Shown here: positions 54,439 to 64,000 of the stretch, piece by piece
How positions within the stretch are numbered: the stretch's first letter is position 1
Layout of the letters: every line of letters begins with the position of its first letter
IMG/VR virus record: IMGVR_UViG_3300050343_000191
Coordinates: 62,001 to 126,000 of that record
Length of the DNA: 64,000 bases
Reading direction: 5' to 3' (one strand)
The notes under the pieces: generated by a model
What the model was told of the DNA's origin: nothing
Databases searched by the model: none
What the model saw: the letters and a program-made list of their open reading frames with translations, nothing else
Made by a program: the position numbers and the translations under genes

Positions 54439-56658
54439 TTAAACGGAGCCGATTACTTCTTCAAAAGCAACACCAGTTCTGGTGGCAATGAAGGTAAGAC
54501 CAATGAAGTTGATCGATCTTGCTGGTTTGATGAAGATGTCCGCTACAAACTCATTGCTATCGATAACGGCAGCAGTATTGTTTGTTTCATCACAAATAAC
54601 AACATAATCTTGGATACCTCTCTTAGACTGAACGTCACGGAGGAATGGTTCAACAATATTTACAAAGTTAGTTCTTGTAATTTCATCGTTGAACTCGAAC
54701 AGGAAGTCCTTAGCAGCAGCGGCGATTGCATCTTCTAAGAAGATAAACAAGCGACGAACGTTGATTCTATCGAATGCGGAAGACTTACCAAATCCAGTTT
54801 TATCACCAAATAGGATAATACCTGCTCCAGGAGAGAAGATAATTGGATTGATTCTGTTAGAGTACAGAGCGTCTCTTTGCTTTCTACCTGGATTGTATGC
54901 CAGTTTGACAGCATTGAGAATTGCACCTCTTGAAGTTCCAGCAGGTGAGAACCAAGGGAACTGTTGAATATCAGTTCTAGCACAAGTGCCTGCGATGTCT
55001 CCATTTAGAGGAACATAACGGAAAGTATCGTTGAAGCGGTCGTACATATACTTGTAACCACTATCAAATATGCCGTAAGTTGTAGAACTTAGTGGTGCAT
55101 AGAACCCAAGAACGTTATTAGTAATAGTGTCAACATCATTGACAGTTACTGTTCCGACTTGACTATCACTCAAGAATGCTGCTCTATATGGCGAAATGAA
55201 TGCAACTGCATCTTTTCTTTCTTCAGCAACTGCAATGCACTTTTGTGCGATTCCTTGAGAAGTTTCTTTATCATACTTGGCAGATCCCATCAGAATGAAA
55301 TCTACTTCAAACTCTTCAGTGTTTTCAAACTTAGTGAGACCTGAAATAATATCATCGGCACCACAATCCAAAGAACCTGCGCTAGTTAAATTGGTTGAAC
55401 CGCCATAGTTTCTACCACCTGCCATTGCAAGTGAAAGTGAACCGCATCCACCAAAGTTTACACCATCTGCATTTTGATCCCAACCAGTGTCAGCATCAAG
55501 TTCCGATTGTGCTCTACCATTGTCGGCGAATGCAATTGCAGTTGTTCCTGCAGGTGCAGAACCACCAAAGATATAGCGAGAGTTGGTATAAAGGTACTTT
55601 CTCCAATAAGAAGGAGAACCTACAGAATATTCAGCATCCTTTGCTTTGGAAAGGTTGAGGTGCTTTTCTAGGATTGAACCTGCATTTCCAGTAACCAATC
55701 CCTTGTCATCAATAACGACAACATGAACTTCATCAAATCTAGAGTTTCTATTTGCAGCAAACTCAGAAGTTCCGGGACGGTTTGATAGTTGATCCCACTC
55801 AAGTTTAGCTGGATCACCGTTAAAGTCAGTAGAACTCAGTTCAATATACTGATTTTCAAACCAGTCTTTTTCAGTAGTGTAAGAACGAGTTGCTAAAGGT
55901 GCTTCGAGGACAGCAGTGTCTGTGGTATGAATACCAATGCTTCCTACGTTTGTGAGGGCATATACACTGTTCTGAGTGTAGTCTGCATTGCTTACTGTTC
56001 CTGCAGCAGAAACGTGTGCAATAAGTTTTGTGGATATTTGACCATCACCAACTTCAGTGATAACACCTTGGAAGAATCCATCGATTGATCTTGTTCCACC
56101 TGTCGCTGCAGGAACAGTTGCTCCTGAAGTAACTGCCTGTGTAAATCCATAACCAACGTTAATATTGGCAGTAGAGATTCCAGTCAGAATTTGATCCGCC
56201 TTGGCATCAATAATTCCAATTCTGATTCCGTTTGCCCAAGTTCCTGGGTTTCTTGCAGCAACTGTTACGTTGGTAATTGAATTGTCATCATATGCAAGTT
56301 GCTCATAATGTTCAGTACTCTTGATTCTTATGCTGGTTGCTGAACCAACATATGCATTTTTAAGTCCCGTTCCATTAGTGATATCAAAATCATCTGCTCT
56401 AGAAACTCTCAGAGTTCCTCCGTAAGCAAGATAGGATGATGCAACCATCCAACTCTCATAATGCTTATCTGTTGAATATGGTCTGCCGAAAGTGTTTAAG
56501 AGATCGTCCTCGTTTTCAATAAACTGTGGAAGATCTACAGGTCCCTTGGCAAAAGGAGCAACAATCGCCCCAATAGAGCCAGAGACTGGATCGACTCTTC
56601 CAATAGTTAAGTCAACTTCTCTTACTACAATTCCAGGAGATGCTAAATTTAGTGGCAT
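54439..56658 (-). CDS. gp18: Tail sheath protein
   Basis: SPGIVVREVD, PWFSPAG, FDRINVRRLF; TAAATA at 56695-56700. Confidence 0.97.
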   Translation of the reverse strand: MPLNLASPGIVVREVDLTIGRVDPVSGSIGAIVAPFAKGPVDLPQFIENEDDLLNTFGRPYSTDKHYESWMVASSYLAYGGTLRVSRADDFDITNGTGLKNAYVGSATSIRIKSTEHYEQLAYDDNSITNVTVAARNPGTWANGIRIGIIDAKADQILTGISTANINVGYGFTQAVTSGATVPAATGGTRSIDGFFQGVITEVGDGQISTKLIAHVSAAGTVSNADYTQNSVYALTNVGSIGIHTTDTAVLEAPLATRSYTTEKDWFENQYIELSSTDFNGDPAKLEWDQLSNRPGTSEFAANRNSRFDEVHVVVIDDKGLVTGNAGSILEKHLNLSKAKDAEYSVGSPSYWRKYLYTNSRYIFGGSAPAGTTAIAFADNGRAQSELDADTGWDQNADGVNFGGCGSLSLAMAGGRNYGGSTNLTSAGSLDCGADDIISGLTKFENTEEFEVDFILMGSAKYDKETSQGIAQKCIAVAEERKDAVAFISPYRAAFLSDSQVGTVTVNDVDTITNNVLGFYAPLSSTTYGIFDSGYKYMYDRFNDTFRYVPLNGDIAGTCARTDIQQFPWFSPAGTSRGAILNAVKLAYNPGRKQRDALYSNRINPIIFSPGAGIILFGDKTGFGKSSAFDRINVRRLFIFLEDAIAAAAKDFLFEFNDEITRTNFVNIVEPFLRDVQSKRGIQDYVVICDETNNTAAVIDSNEFVADIFIKPARSINFIGLTFIATRTGVAFEEVIGSV

Positions 56659-56740
56659 CTTTTTTGTTCTCCTTGGTCCAGAATTACCTGAAATTATTTA
56701 TCAAAAAGGGCATTTTGAATGGGGAATCTAGACGTGAAGT

Positions 56741-56953
56741 CTACCAATCTGGATATTCCCAAACATTATTATCCTTTTTAACTCTTTTTTTAGTACAATC
56801 TTTACACTCATAAGAGTATGATGATACTACAGGACCTCTATCTTTTCTAGTCCTATAAAATCCATCAACTAAATTTTTCATTTCACCACAAGTTCTACAT
56901 TTTCTTTCGTAAAGAAGTAAATGTCCTAATTTTAGTTGACTATCTAAGTCCAC
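56741..56953 (-). CDS. Small Zn-finger protein
   Basis: CRTC..CKDC. Confidence 0.65.
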   Translation of the reverse strand: MDLDSQLKLGHLLLYERKCRTCGEMKNLVDGFYRTRKDRGPVVSSYSYECKDCTKKRVKKDNNVWEYPDW

Positions 56954-58602
56954 TAGTAATAATCCCACATATATGATTTATCTCCATATTCATCAGTATG
57001 CCAACGATCACCATTAGTATCTGTAAATGAAACTTCACCATTAATTCCATCATCTAAAAATCCAAATGGTGCCATATCCTGTTCAATTTGATTTTTCTGC
57101 TCATCATAAATTTTTTTACGGACATCAGTATCCGTCATCTCTTTAAAGTAATCTTGTGCTACCAACCAAGAGAAGATAACAAGGCACATTGCCAAGTCAT
57201 CATTACATCCCTCTTCCGCTTCAAACGAATTGTGTTTTTGAGCAAACGTCGTAAGTTCAGATATGATCTCATAATCAAGAGTCAACAACTTATCATCTTC
57301 TAAAAGAGTTTTTAAGTTTGAACAACCAAGTCTCTTTACCTGCGCTGTTGTTCTAACTCCCATTTGAGATTTTTTACCCGAAAATCCATGACCAACAACT
57401 TGACCAGCACGACCTCTCATTGCTGCCATTAGCATATTTTCATATTCTAAATCATAATGAAGAATACTTGCTACTTGCTCACCAATATCATTAACTTCAA
57501 TCAATACCCAAGCATTATTATACCCCTTTAAAGTTTCTTGAATCACATTTGGGAATAACATTGGTTTGATTTCATTATTCCTATACTTTGCTACAATTTT
57601 GTAAGGAAATTCTGTAATATCAAACACTACAAATGCAGAGTAGTCATTACCCAAACCACGAGCAACGTCTACAGTCATAAGATAATTGTGTTCTGGTCTT
57701 GGTTTTTCGTAAATATCTAATCCAGCGTTTCTTTGGATGGGATCTTCATAGACTAGATTCCTGAGTTTTGCCGGATTTATAAGGGTATTGACAGAACCAA
57801 GAAACTCACACTCGAACTCGACTTTGAATTGCTGTTCTGATGTGTTAGCAATCGTCTGTTCTTTCCATACTTGATCTCTTCCAGGAACCTCGGACCAATG
57901 AACATCAGTTGGAATGTATTCATTTTTACCTTTTTCTGAGTCGTGCCACATTCGGTAGAAATGATTCATACCGCGTGGCGTGGATACAATGATTACCTTT
58001 GTGCTTTGTCCAGAAGAAATAGTAGGATAAACAGAGGCAAAGAAGTCATCAGCAATGTGATTCGGGATGAACGCGAATTCGTCAAGAAAGATGACATTAT
58101 AGGATCCGCCTCGGACAGCAGATGACGAAGTAGAGTTAGATGAAATTTTGGATCCATTTTCAAGTTCTAAACTACCTTTGTTCCAAGATATAATACCCTG
58201 CTGCATCCACTTTGGCAAATTTTCATAAGCAAGTTGTAATCTTTGAAGGAGATCTCTTGCAGTAGATGCCTTGTTCGCCAAAATTGCAATATTAACATTA
58301 TCGTTAAAAACTGCATAGTGTAAAAGATATGATATACACGTTGTAGACTTACCAGTCTGTCGTGGCATTTTGCAGATATTAAATCTATTATCATGGAAGT
58401 TTTGAATCAACTTCTCTTGAAAAGGATACATATCAAAATTAACAAGACCATAATCCAGAGATACAATCTTGATATAATTTCTTGCAAAATAAACAGGGTC
58501 ATTCTTACATCTGATAAACTCAATGACCTGCTCCTCTGTAAATTCGTGAGGAGTATTTGCTTTTTTTAGATTCGGATTACCAAGATAAATGTTATCACTC
58601 AT
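56953..58602 (-). CDS. gp17: Terminase large subunit
   Basis: PRQTGKST, LDEFAF, DVARG, DDLAM. Confidence 0.97.
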   Translation of the reverse strand: MSDNIYLGNPNLKKANTPHEFTEEQVIEFIRCKNDPVYFARNYIKIVSLDYGLVNFDMYPFQEKLIQNFHDNRFNICKMPRQTGKSTTCISYLLHYAVFNDNVNIAILANKASTARDLLQRLQLAYENLPKWMQQGIISWNKGSLELENGSKISSNSTSSSAVRGGSYNVIFLDEFAFIPNHIADDFFASVYPTISSGQSTKVIIVSTPRGMNHFYRMWHDSEKGKNEYIPTDVHWSEVPGRDQVWKEQTIANTSEQQFKVEFECEFLGSVNTLINPAKLRNLVYEDPIQRNAGLDIYEKPRPEHNYLMTVDVARGLGNDYSAFVVFDITEFPYKIVAKYRNNEIKPMLFPNVIQETLKGYNNAWVLIEVNDIGEQVASILHYDLEYENMLMAAMRGRAGQVVGHGFSGKKSQMGVRTTAQVKRLGCSNLKTLLEDDKLLTLDYEIISELTTFAQKHNSFEAEEGCNDDLAMCLVIFSWLVAQDYFKEMTDTDVRKKIYDEQKNQIEQDMAPFGFLDDGINGEVSFTDTNGDRWHTDEYGDKSYMWDYY

Positions 58603-58617
58603 AATAAAACTCCTAAA

Positions 58618-60552
58618 TCAACATCTCCAGCGTTTACGTGCCTTACAGATTTTTTTGTCTGGGGTCTTTGAACAATCAATATTATGCATCTTCATCTGAC
58701 CTTTAGAACGACTGCAATAGTTCTTACGGCGATTGGCATCTTTACTTCCCTTTTTAACTTTACCAGTTACTGCAGTCTGTAACTTTGAACCTGGATTTTC
58801 GCGCTTATAAGCATTTACAGATTTCTGACTCATACCATCAACACCGTCTTTACGGTTTGATTTTTGCCAGTCTTCCTTTACCTCTTGCTTACCATAAGTT
58901 TTGCAGGGATCTTTTCCACAACCACAGTTCTTTTTCTTTTTTTCTTGCAGATCCATATCTGATTTCCAATCAGAGAAATGTGCTTTTACACAATTTGGAT
59001 ATCTCTTTCCAAACATTGTCTTCATACCCTTTTTCTTATATCCTTTCCAACACTTTTCATCAAGATTAGCAGCAACTTTAGCAACTTTTTTAGATTGCTT
59101 TGCGTGCATCTTAGAAGCACCTGCTAACTGCTTTGAGATCTCTTTCAGTTTATCTTGTTTAGAGTTTGCTTCATCAAGCATATCACTTCCAAGACCTTGA
59201 GATTGCTGAAGTGGTTCGTTAGAAATCAAATCTATAGATTCTACTTCAGTTGCATGGAAATCATCTCTCCAGTTGGAGAACTCATAACTTTCATTTTTGG
59301 TCTTATTGCCCCAATTCTTAGCACCAACTTTGCGGCACTTAACTAGAGCACCTGATGCATATGCACTTGGCCAGACAGAATAACGTGACTTGACTTTATG
59401 GTAACAAGCATCTTTGGTGCCACTACCTTTTCCTTTTCTATCCTTCCCTTCTTCTACAATTTCACCTTCTGGTTCATATGAGTTTCTAAGTCTCTGCATT
59501 TTTGGATCCAAAGTTCCTGGTTTTGCGCCAGCAGCATTTTCAATTGCTCTTTGTCTAGCACCAGCACCAAACGGTTTTCCGTTAATAGTAGCATTTTGTC
59601 TGGCATTATCTAATGCTTCATCACCCTTTCTCTTAAGATATTTTCCTGCTTTATAAAGACCATATGCTCCTGCAGCAATACCAAGACCTCCAAGAACACC
59701 TTCGTCTAGTTCAGTTTTCCAGTTTGAGTAAGATTCTTTCATTTTTTTCTTTGGTTTGTCAGTAGAAACATAGGTTGGTTTAGCTGCTCCAGACTTTTGT
59801 TGTTGTCCGGGATCTTGTCTTGACTTTCTTGTGTCAGCCGATCGAAGTTCTTTCTTCGACATACTGGCTTTCTTGGCCGAGGAGTAACATTTAGGTGTTC
59901 CCTTCTCACCAGGTTCATTAGCACAAGGGGAACCATCAGATTGAACCCAACCGGGTTTTCCGTCTTTTGATTTAGATTTACCAAACCAATCACGGAGACC
60001 TTCCTCACTTACAGTCTGCTCATTCATTTTATCTGCGTAACCAGCAGCAGCATCAGTGTCGTGTGCGGTATCAGTAATCTTTGCTTGCATCCAGGCAGGA
60101 ATATCCTTTTCCTTTTTACCTAATGCCTTTCTCAACTTTCTGATGTTTTCTGCTGACTTTTTGAGTTGACTCTGTGCCATTGCAACTTCATGATCACCAT
60201 TTTTTCCTTCACTTACCTTTTCTCTACCCCTACAATGGGATTTCTGAGAGAATCCTTTTGGATTATCGCAATCGATGGATTTTTTATATTTCGCACTCCA
60301 TGCTTCAGAGACGCCACCTCCGCCGCCTTCACCACCTCCATCAGAAGAGGAGCCATTCCCGTTGCCATTGCCATTTGAGTAATTTCCATTCCCATTACCA
60401 TTCTTTTTTTTACCTTCAGTTTCCTTTTCGTCCTGATGCTCATTATCCCGCATCAAATATCCACTGGACATTACATGATAACCTTTAGGAATTTTCTTGC
60501 ATTTTTTGGAGGTATTACAGTAGTAATAACCCTTTTTACAGGACTTTGCCAT
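58618..60552 (-). CDS. Modular 644-aa late protein between gp16 and gp17
   Basis: Many short Cys/Lys-rich modules separated by x-x-E sites; TAAATA at 60575-60580. Confidence 0.8.
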   Translation of the reverse strand: MAKSCKKGYYYCNTSKKCKKIPKGYHVMSSGYLMRDNEHQDEKETEGKKKNGNGNGNYSNGNGNGNGSSSDGGGEGGGGGVSEAWSAKYKKSIDCDNPKGFSQKSHCRGREKVSEGKNGDHEVAMAQSQLKKSAENIRKLRKALGKKEKDIPAWMQAKITDTAHDTDAAAGYADKMNEQTVSEEGLRDWFGKSKSKDGKPGWVQSDGSPCANEPGEKGTPKCYSSAKKASMSKKELRSADTRKSRQDPGQQQKSGAAKPTYVSTDKPKKKMKESYSNWKTELDEGVLGGLGIAAGAYGLYKAGKYLKRKGDEALDNARQNATINGKPFGAGARQRAIENAAGAKPGTLDPKMQRLRNSYEPEGEIVEEGKDRKGKGSGTKDACYHKVKSRYSVWPSAYASGALVKCRKVGAKNWGNKTKNESYEFSNWRDDFHATEVESIDLISNEPLQQSQGLGSDMLDEANSKQDKLKEISKQLAGASKMHAKQSKKVAKVAANLDEKCWKGYKKKGMKTMFGKRYPNCVKAHFSDWKSDMDLQEKKKKNCGCGKDPCKTYGKQEVKEDWQKSNRKDGVDGMSQKSVNAYKRENPGSKLQTAVTGKVKKGSKDANRRKNYCSRSKGQMKMHNIDCSKTPDKKICKARKRWRC

Positions 60553-60983
60553 TATTTGGTCGGAGCGTCATTATTATTTAGAAAACCTTGTTTCAACAGT
60601 TTTGACAGTTCCGTTGTAGATCCAACAAACAGTGCATTATTTGTAACATTACTAGGACCTTTCTGTACAGAATCTTGCTCTAAATCTTTCACTTTCTTTT
60701 GCAAATCTGCCAACTTGTCGGTAGTATCTGCAACACTCTTAATAAGTTGTCCAGCAACTTCATATGCTCTAGGACTTGCACTTTCTCCTGCAAGTTCCAT
60801 AATTCCATTTATTGCTTCTTGACCTTTTTCTATGAGAGAATATAGATTGGCACGAGTATATTCATAATCTTTAGTTATATCATTTCTTTCCTGTTTTGGG
60901 GGAACAGGTTTTATTGGTTTTGATTCAACAATGCTACTTTCAATATTAAGTGCATCGTCAATGGACTCATAATTATTACTCAT
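60552..60983 (-). CDS. gp16: Terminase small subunit
   Basis: DYEYTRANLY, SPRAYEV, FVGSTTEL. Confidence 0.93.
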   Translation of the reverse strand: MSNNYESIDDALNIESSIVESKPIKPVPPKQERNDITKDYEYTRANLYSLIEKGQEAINGIMELAGESASPRAYEVAGQLIKSVADTTDKLADLQKKVKDLEQDSVQKGPSNVTNNALFVGSTTELSKLLKQGFLNNNDAPTK

Positions 60984-60988
60984 GATTA

Positions 60989-61834
60989 TTAAATATCAGT
61001 TTGTCTTGTGGGACTATATTTCTTAGAATCTGAGAAAAATTCCCAGTCCTCATCGAAACCAAAGTTGTCACCAGGTTGGAGAAGTTTATGATCTACCTCA
61101 TTGATTACACCATCATCATTTCTATCAATCTTGGATGTTGGTGTAACGGTGTAGCGCATCTCACGTTTAGCAGTCTTCTGATCAGTGCTGGTATACATAT
61201 CAACTTGAACCTTACGGATAAGTCCATCACTGCTATCGGCAACAGGACCAAACAGATATGTTTTTGCTGTAAATTGCAATGTATAAATTAAGGATCTTCT
61301 TGTATCAAAGTTTCCTTCATAATCATCTTGAAAATTTACAGATTCAAGGATGATAGGAATATCCCTCTTTTCTCCAATAGAGTCAATTAGATCAACAGTT
61401 AAGTTGAAATGTGGTTGAAAATATGGAAGAATTTGCTCTAAAATTTGCAATGAATCATCATTCAATTTTGACATAATATTGAGTTCAAATCCAATATTAT
61501 ATGGAACGGGCATAAAGACTTTCTTTGCCTTTGTTCCATCTTCACAAGTTTTGAAAGTTTGAACTAAACTAGACTTTCTTGTAGAATCATAGGAAATGTT
61601 TGACATTTCAAATGACATTCTAGGCATTGTAATTTGAATCGCTTTATTCAGATCTGCCTGTTGGGTTATTCTTGCCAGGAACTTTTGACTAGGACCATAT
61701 GCTAGAGGAACTTTCAGGTCACTAACATCTTTACCAGCATCATCTTGATGGCGGATATGAATATCATTGAATAAAGTTCCGAATGAAATAATAGTTTTCC
61801 TAACTATTTCGTGATAATAATATGTTCCTAACAT
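60989..61834 (-). CDS. gp15: Tail sheath stabilizer/completion protein
   Basis: FGTLFN, VPLAY, PRMSFE, EQILPYFQP. Confidence 0.95.
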   Translation of the reverse strand: MLGTYYYHEIVRKTIISFGTLFNDIHIRHQDDAGKDVSDLKVPLAYGPSQKFLARITQQADLNKAIQITMPRMSFEMSNISYDSTRKSSLVQTFKTCEDGTKAKKVFMPVPYNIGFELNIMSKLNDDSLQILEQILPYFQPHFNLTVDLIDSIGEKRDIPIILESVNFQDDYEGNFDTRRSLIYTLQFTAKTYLFGPVADSSDGLIRKVQVDMYTSTDQKTAKREMRYTVTPTSKIDRNDDGVINEVDHKLLQPGDNFGFDEDWEFFSDSKKYSPTRQTDI

Positions 61835-63276
61835 TAAAATGTCCCAAATGGATTGGTTTCAGTAAAGTCTAAAAGATTATCTCCGAGAGTTTCAAACTCA
61901 TCGTTCTCGGTATATTTATCATAAGTATCATCTTGTACATAACTAAAGACTGGATATTCTGCTCCAGATGTTTGTCCAATTACAGTTTCTCCAGGATAGA
62001 ATCCAATTGGTTGTGTAGAACCAATACTTACATTAGAAATCTTAAGAATGTGAGTGTCTTGATCATATTCCTTGACTCTTGCTCGTATCATAGACCTAGA
62101 TCCCATAACAATTTCATTAAAGAGATATGTTCCAAGACCTGCTAAAGTTTCTGGGTCTGCAATTGTAACTGTTGGTGCGTTACTATATCCTCTTCCAGGA
62201 TCTTTGACGTAAATTGATTTGAGAATACGACTGGATCCATCAATACCAATAGAAGCGATACCAACTGCAGTATGTGCAATACCACTTGCTGGTGGACCTG
62301 TAATGGTTACGGTTGGTGCAGTGCCGTAACCAACGCCACCATCTTGAATACTAAATCTAATTACACCTTGACCACTAGTTTCAATGGATGCAGTTGCTGC
62401 TGCTCCAACACCACCACCTCCAGTAATCGTAATTGATGGTGGTGTTGTATATCCTGCACCAGCATTTGTCATCAAAATCTTTTCAATCGAGGTAACTCTA
62501 CCTCTTGTTGTCAAGAATCCAACAGCAGTAGCATTATCACCAATTTGTCCTGTTGGTGAAGATGATATTCCGATGATCGGAACTGAGGTAAATCCACTTC
62601 CATCATTATCTAGATGAATTGTTCTTAGATAACCACTTGGAGTTGAACCACTAATTAATGCTGTTGCAGTAGCAGTTCTACCAACCCCAATTAATTGAAG
62701 TGTAGTAATATATCCTTCATCCTGAACCTGAGTATCGATTGTTTCAATAGTTGTATCGATAACTTCGTCTTCATATTCAAAGAGTTCACATTTGAGTTGA
62801 TAAACGTAGTTCTTTCCTAATTGAAAGAATGGATCTTCATGCTCAACAAATTTTACTTCAAATAATCTTTGACCTAATGGAAAATATACTAAATCTCCCT
62901 CTCTGGGGCGAGTAGGAGTAGGCATAATGGAATCATCAGTTCCATCATCTTGTCCTGCCATAAATGGCGCAATAAAATCTTCAAATCTTTCTTTAGATAG
63001 TGTAATGATTAACTCATCTCTTACACTTACCCCAAATTTTGTTAGGATATCTCCTGCTCCACCATATCCTTCAAAAGTATTGACATATGCTTCAATAGAA
63101 AAATTATCATCAAACTTTGATGTCTGTACTTCTTCAATAACTGTCTTTGTATTGACGTATTTTCTTGGAATATAAGTTACTTCAACACCATGAAAAGACA
63201 GATGCTCGTTTATTAGATCTTGGACTAATCTCTGTTCAGATGCAGTCCCTTGTAAGAAAAAAGGATTAAGTGCCAT
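61834..63276 (-). CDS. gp14: Neck protein with a Gly-rich repeat insertion
   Basis: RPREGDLVY, FFQLGK, NPFG; G.GY..P repeats. Confidence 0.92.
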   Translation of the reverse strand: MALNPFFLQGTASEQRLVQDLINEHLSFHGVEVTYIPRKYVNTKTVIEEVQTSKFDDNFSIEAYVNTFEGYGGAGDILTKFGVSVRDELIITLSKERFEDFIAPFMAGQDDGTDDSIMPTPTRPREGDLVYFPLGQRLFEVKFVEHEDPFFQLGKNYVYQLKCELFEYEDEVIDTTIETIDTQVQDEGYITTLQLIGVGRTATATALISGSTPSGYLRTIHLDNDGSGFTSVPIIGISSSPTGQIGDNATAVGFLTTRGRVTSIEKILMTNAGAGYTTPPSITITGGGGVGAAATASIETSGQGVIRFSIQDGGVGYGTAPTVTITGPPASGIAHTAVGIASIGIDGSSRILKSIYVKDPGRGYSNAPTVTIADPETLAGLGTYLFNEIVMGSRSMIRARVKEYDQDTHILKISNVSIGSTQPIGFYPGETVIGQTSGAEYPVFSYVQDDTYDKYTENDEFETLGDNLLDFTETNPFGTF

Positions 63277-64000
63277 TATCCAATAAAGTCGAGAGGTGGC
63301 ATTTCATATTCCATAGTCATACGAGATTTAATATCACTTAATTCTTGTTCTGCTTGCTGTAAAATTTCACCACCATTTAGTTCAATTCCACCAGGAAGTT
63401 TTACTCCTCGGAACTTACTAAGATTTCTTCCCCACTGACGCTTAATAACTGCTGTCAAATATCTCTTGACAAAACTATCATTATAAACTTGTGAGAATGA
63501 TTCTGGATCAAGTGCTCTATAGCACTCAAGTACAATAAAATTACCTGCACTCTGCGATCCCCAATCTATATCCAAATATAATCTATCTTGCCTCTTATTA
63601 AATCTGATCTGTTTGTCTGTCGTTAATAAATGATCTATAGATTCAAGATATGATTTCGTCATAGAATATTGAAGAAGTTCAACTGAATTGAAATAATAAA
63701 GATCATTCAGGAACATTTGATACTTGATACTAAACATCCCACCAGAGATTGAACTAGTATCAAATTTAAAAAGTCTTTCTACTCCAATTACGGAATCTGG
63801 AACTTGTATGAAATTTGAGTTTTCATAGAAGTTGAAAGTAGTTGCAGCAATTCCAGTAGAAGTTGCTGTAGTAGTTACAATACCAACTCCAGTTTTACCA
63901 TTTACTTGATTGCCAGATGCAATATCTACACCTTTTCCTCTATCAATATCATCTTGAGAAATTTCGTACTTGAGGTACATTTTCTCAACACCGTCATAAT
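63276..64000 (-). CDS. gp13: Neck protein (5' part outside the window)
   Basis: KRQWGRNL.KF.GVKLPGG..LNG. Confidence 0.93.
   Translation of the reverse strand, partial: YDGVEKMYLKYEISQDDIDRGKGVDIASGNQVNGKTGVGIVTTTATSTGIAATTFNFYENSNFIQVPDSVIGVERLFKFDTSSISGGMFSIKYQMFLNDLYYFNSVELLQYSMTKSYLESIDHLLTTDKQIRFNKRQDRLYLDIDWGSQSAGNFIVLECYRALDPESFSQVYNDSFVKRYLTAVIKRQWGRNLSKFRGVKLPGGIELNGGEILQQAEQELSDIKSRMTMEYEMPPLDFIG

Noticed and set aside
60320-60405. NG/GGG microrepeat
   Set aside because: Ordinary Asn-Gly low-complexity linker within the coding sequence
2069-63175. Numerous 60-220 aa opposite-strand ORFs (e.g. 5165-5629, 10516-11082, 25586-26254, 49081-49698)
   Set aside because: They are antisense shadows of recognisable genes, with no RBS or promoter and no motifs
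1-64000. Photosynthesis genes (psbA, hli), reverse transcriptase/DGR, integrase
   Set aside because: No such motifs are visible in this window

Overview
This is a 64-kb segment of an AT-rich T4-like marine cyanomyovirus (Kyanoviridae-type). Almost all genes lie on the minus strand. Reading right to left: the neck/tail/head module (gp13, 14, 15, 16, 17, 18, 19, 20, 21, 22, 23, gp3), uvsY/uvsW, gp55, gp47/46, a CobT-like peptidase plus cobS, gp45/44, dam, gp62, regA, hsp20, a purS-purC-purM-glyA metabolic island, gp43, uvsX, gp41, mazG, a membrane transporter, tRNA-Ala, a nuclease, a cytidyltransferase, primase, nrdA and nrdB. The first 3.3 kb holds four plus-strand virion-type genes. Many core genes are heavily frameshifted while most accessory genes are clean, which suggests a noisy long-read or mixed-population consensus. 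The leading candidate for an undescribed system is a dispersed family of late-promoter genes. Their products combine a T4-like capsid-targeting leader or a shared acidic 'LIEEGY' domain, (L/I/V/M)-x-E prohead-protease-type sites and cationic amphipathic segments, consistent with protease-matured capsid cargo or polyproteins. Other notable items: a late-promoter/hairpin/sigma70-promoter element duplicated around a 5'-truncated glyA and sharing a 13-mer with the RBS of a 27-aa hydrophobic peptide, in-frame nrdB and gp46 fusions to accessory ORFs, and a G18 tract that switches one cargo gene off. Family assignments come from motif recognition only; no searches were run.
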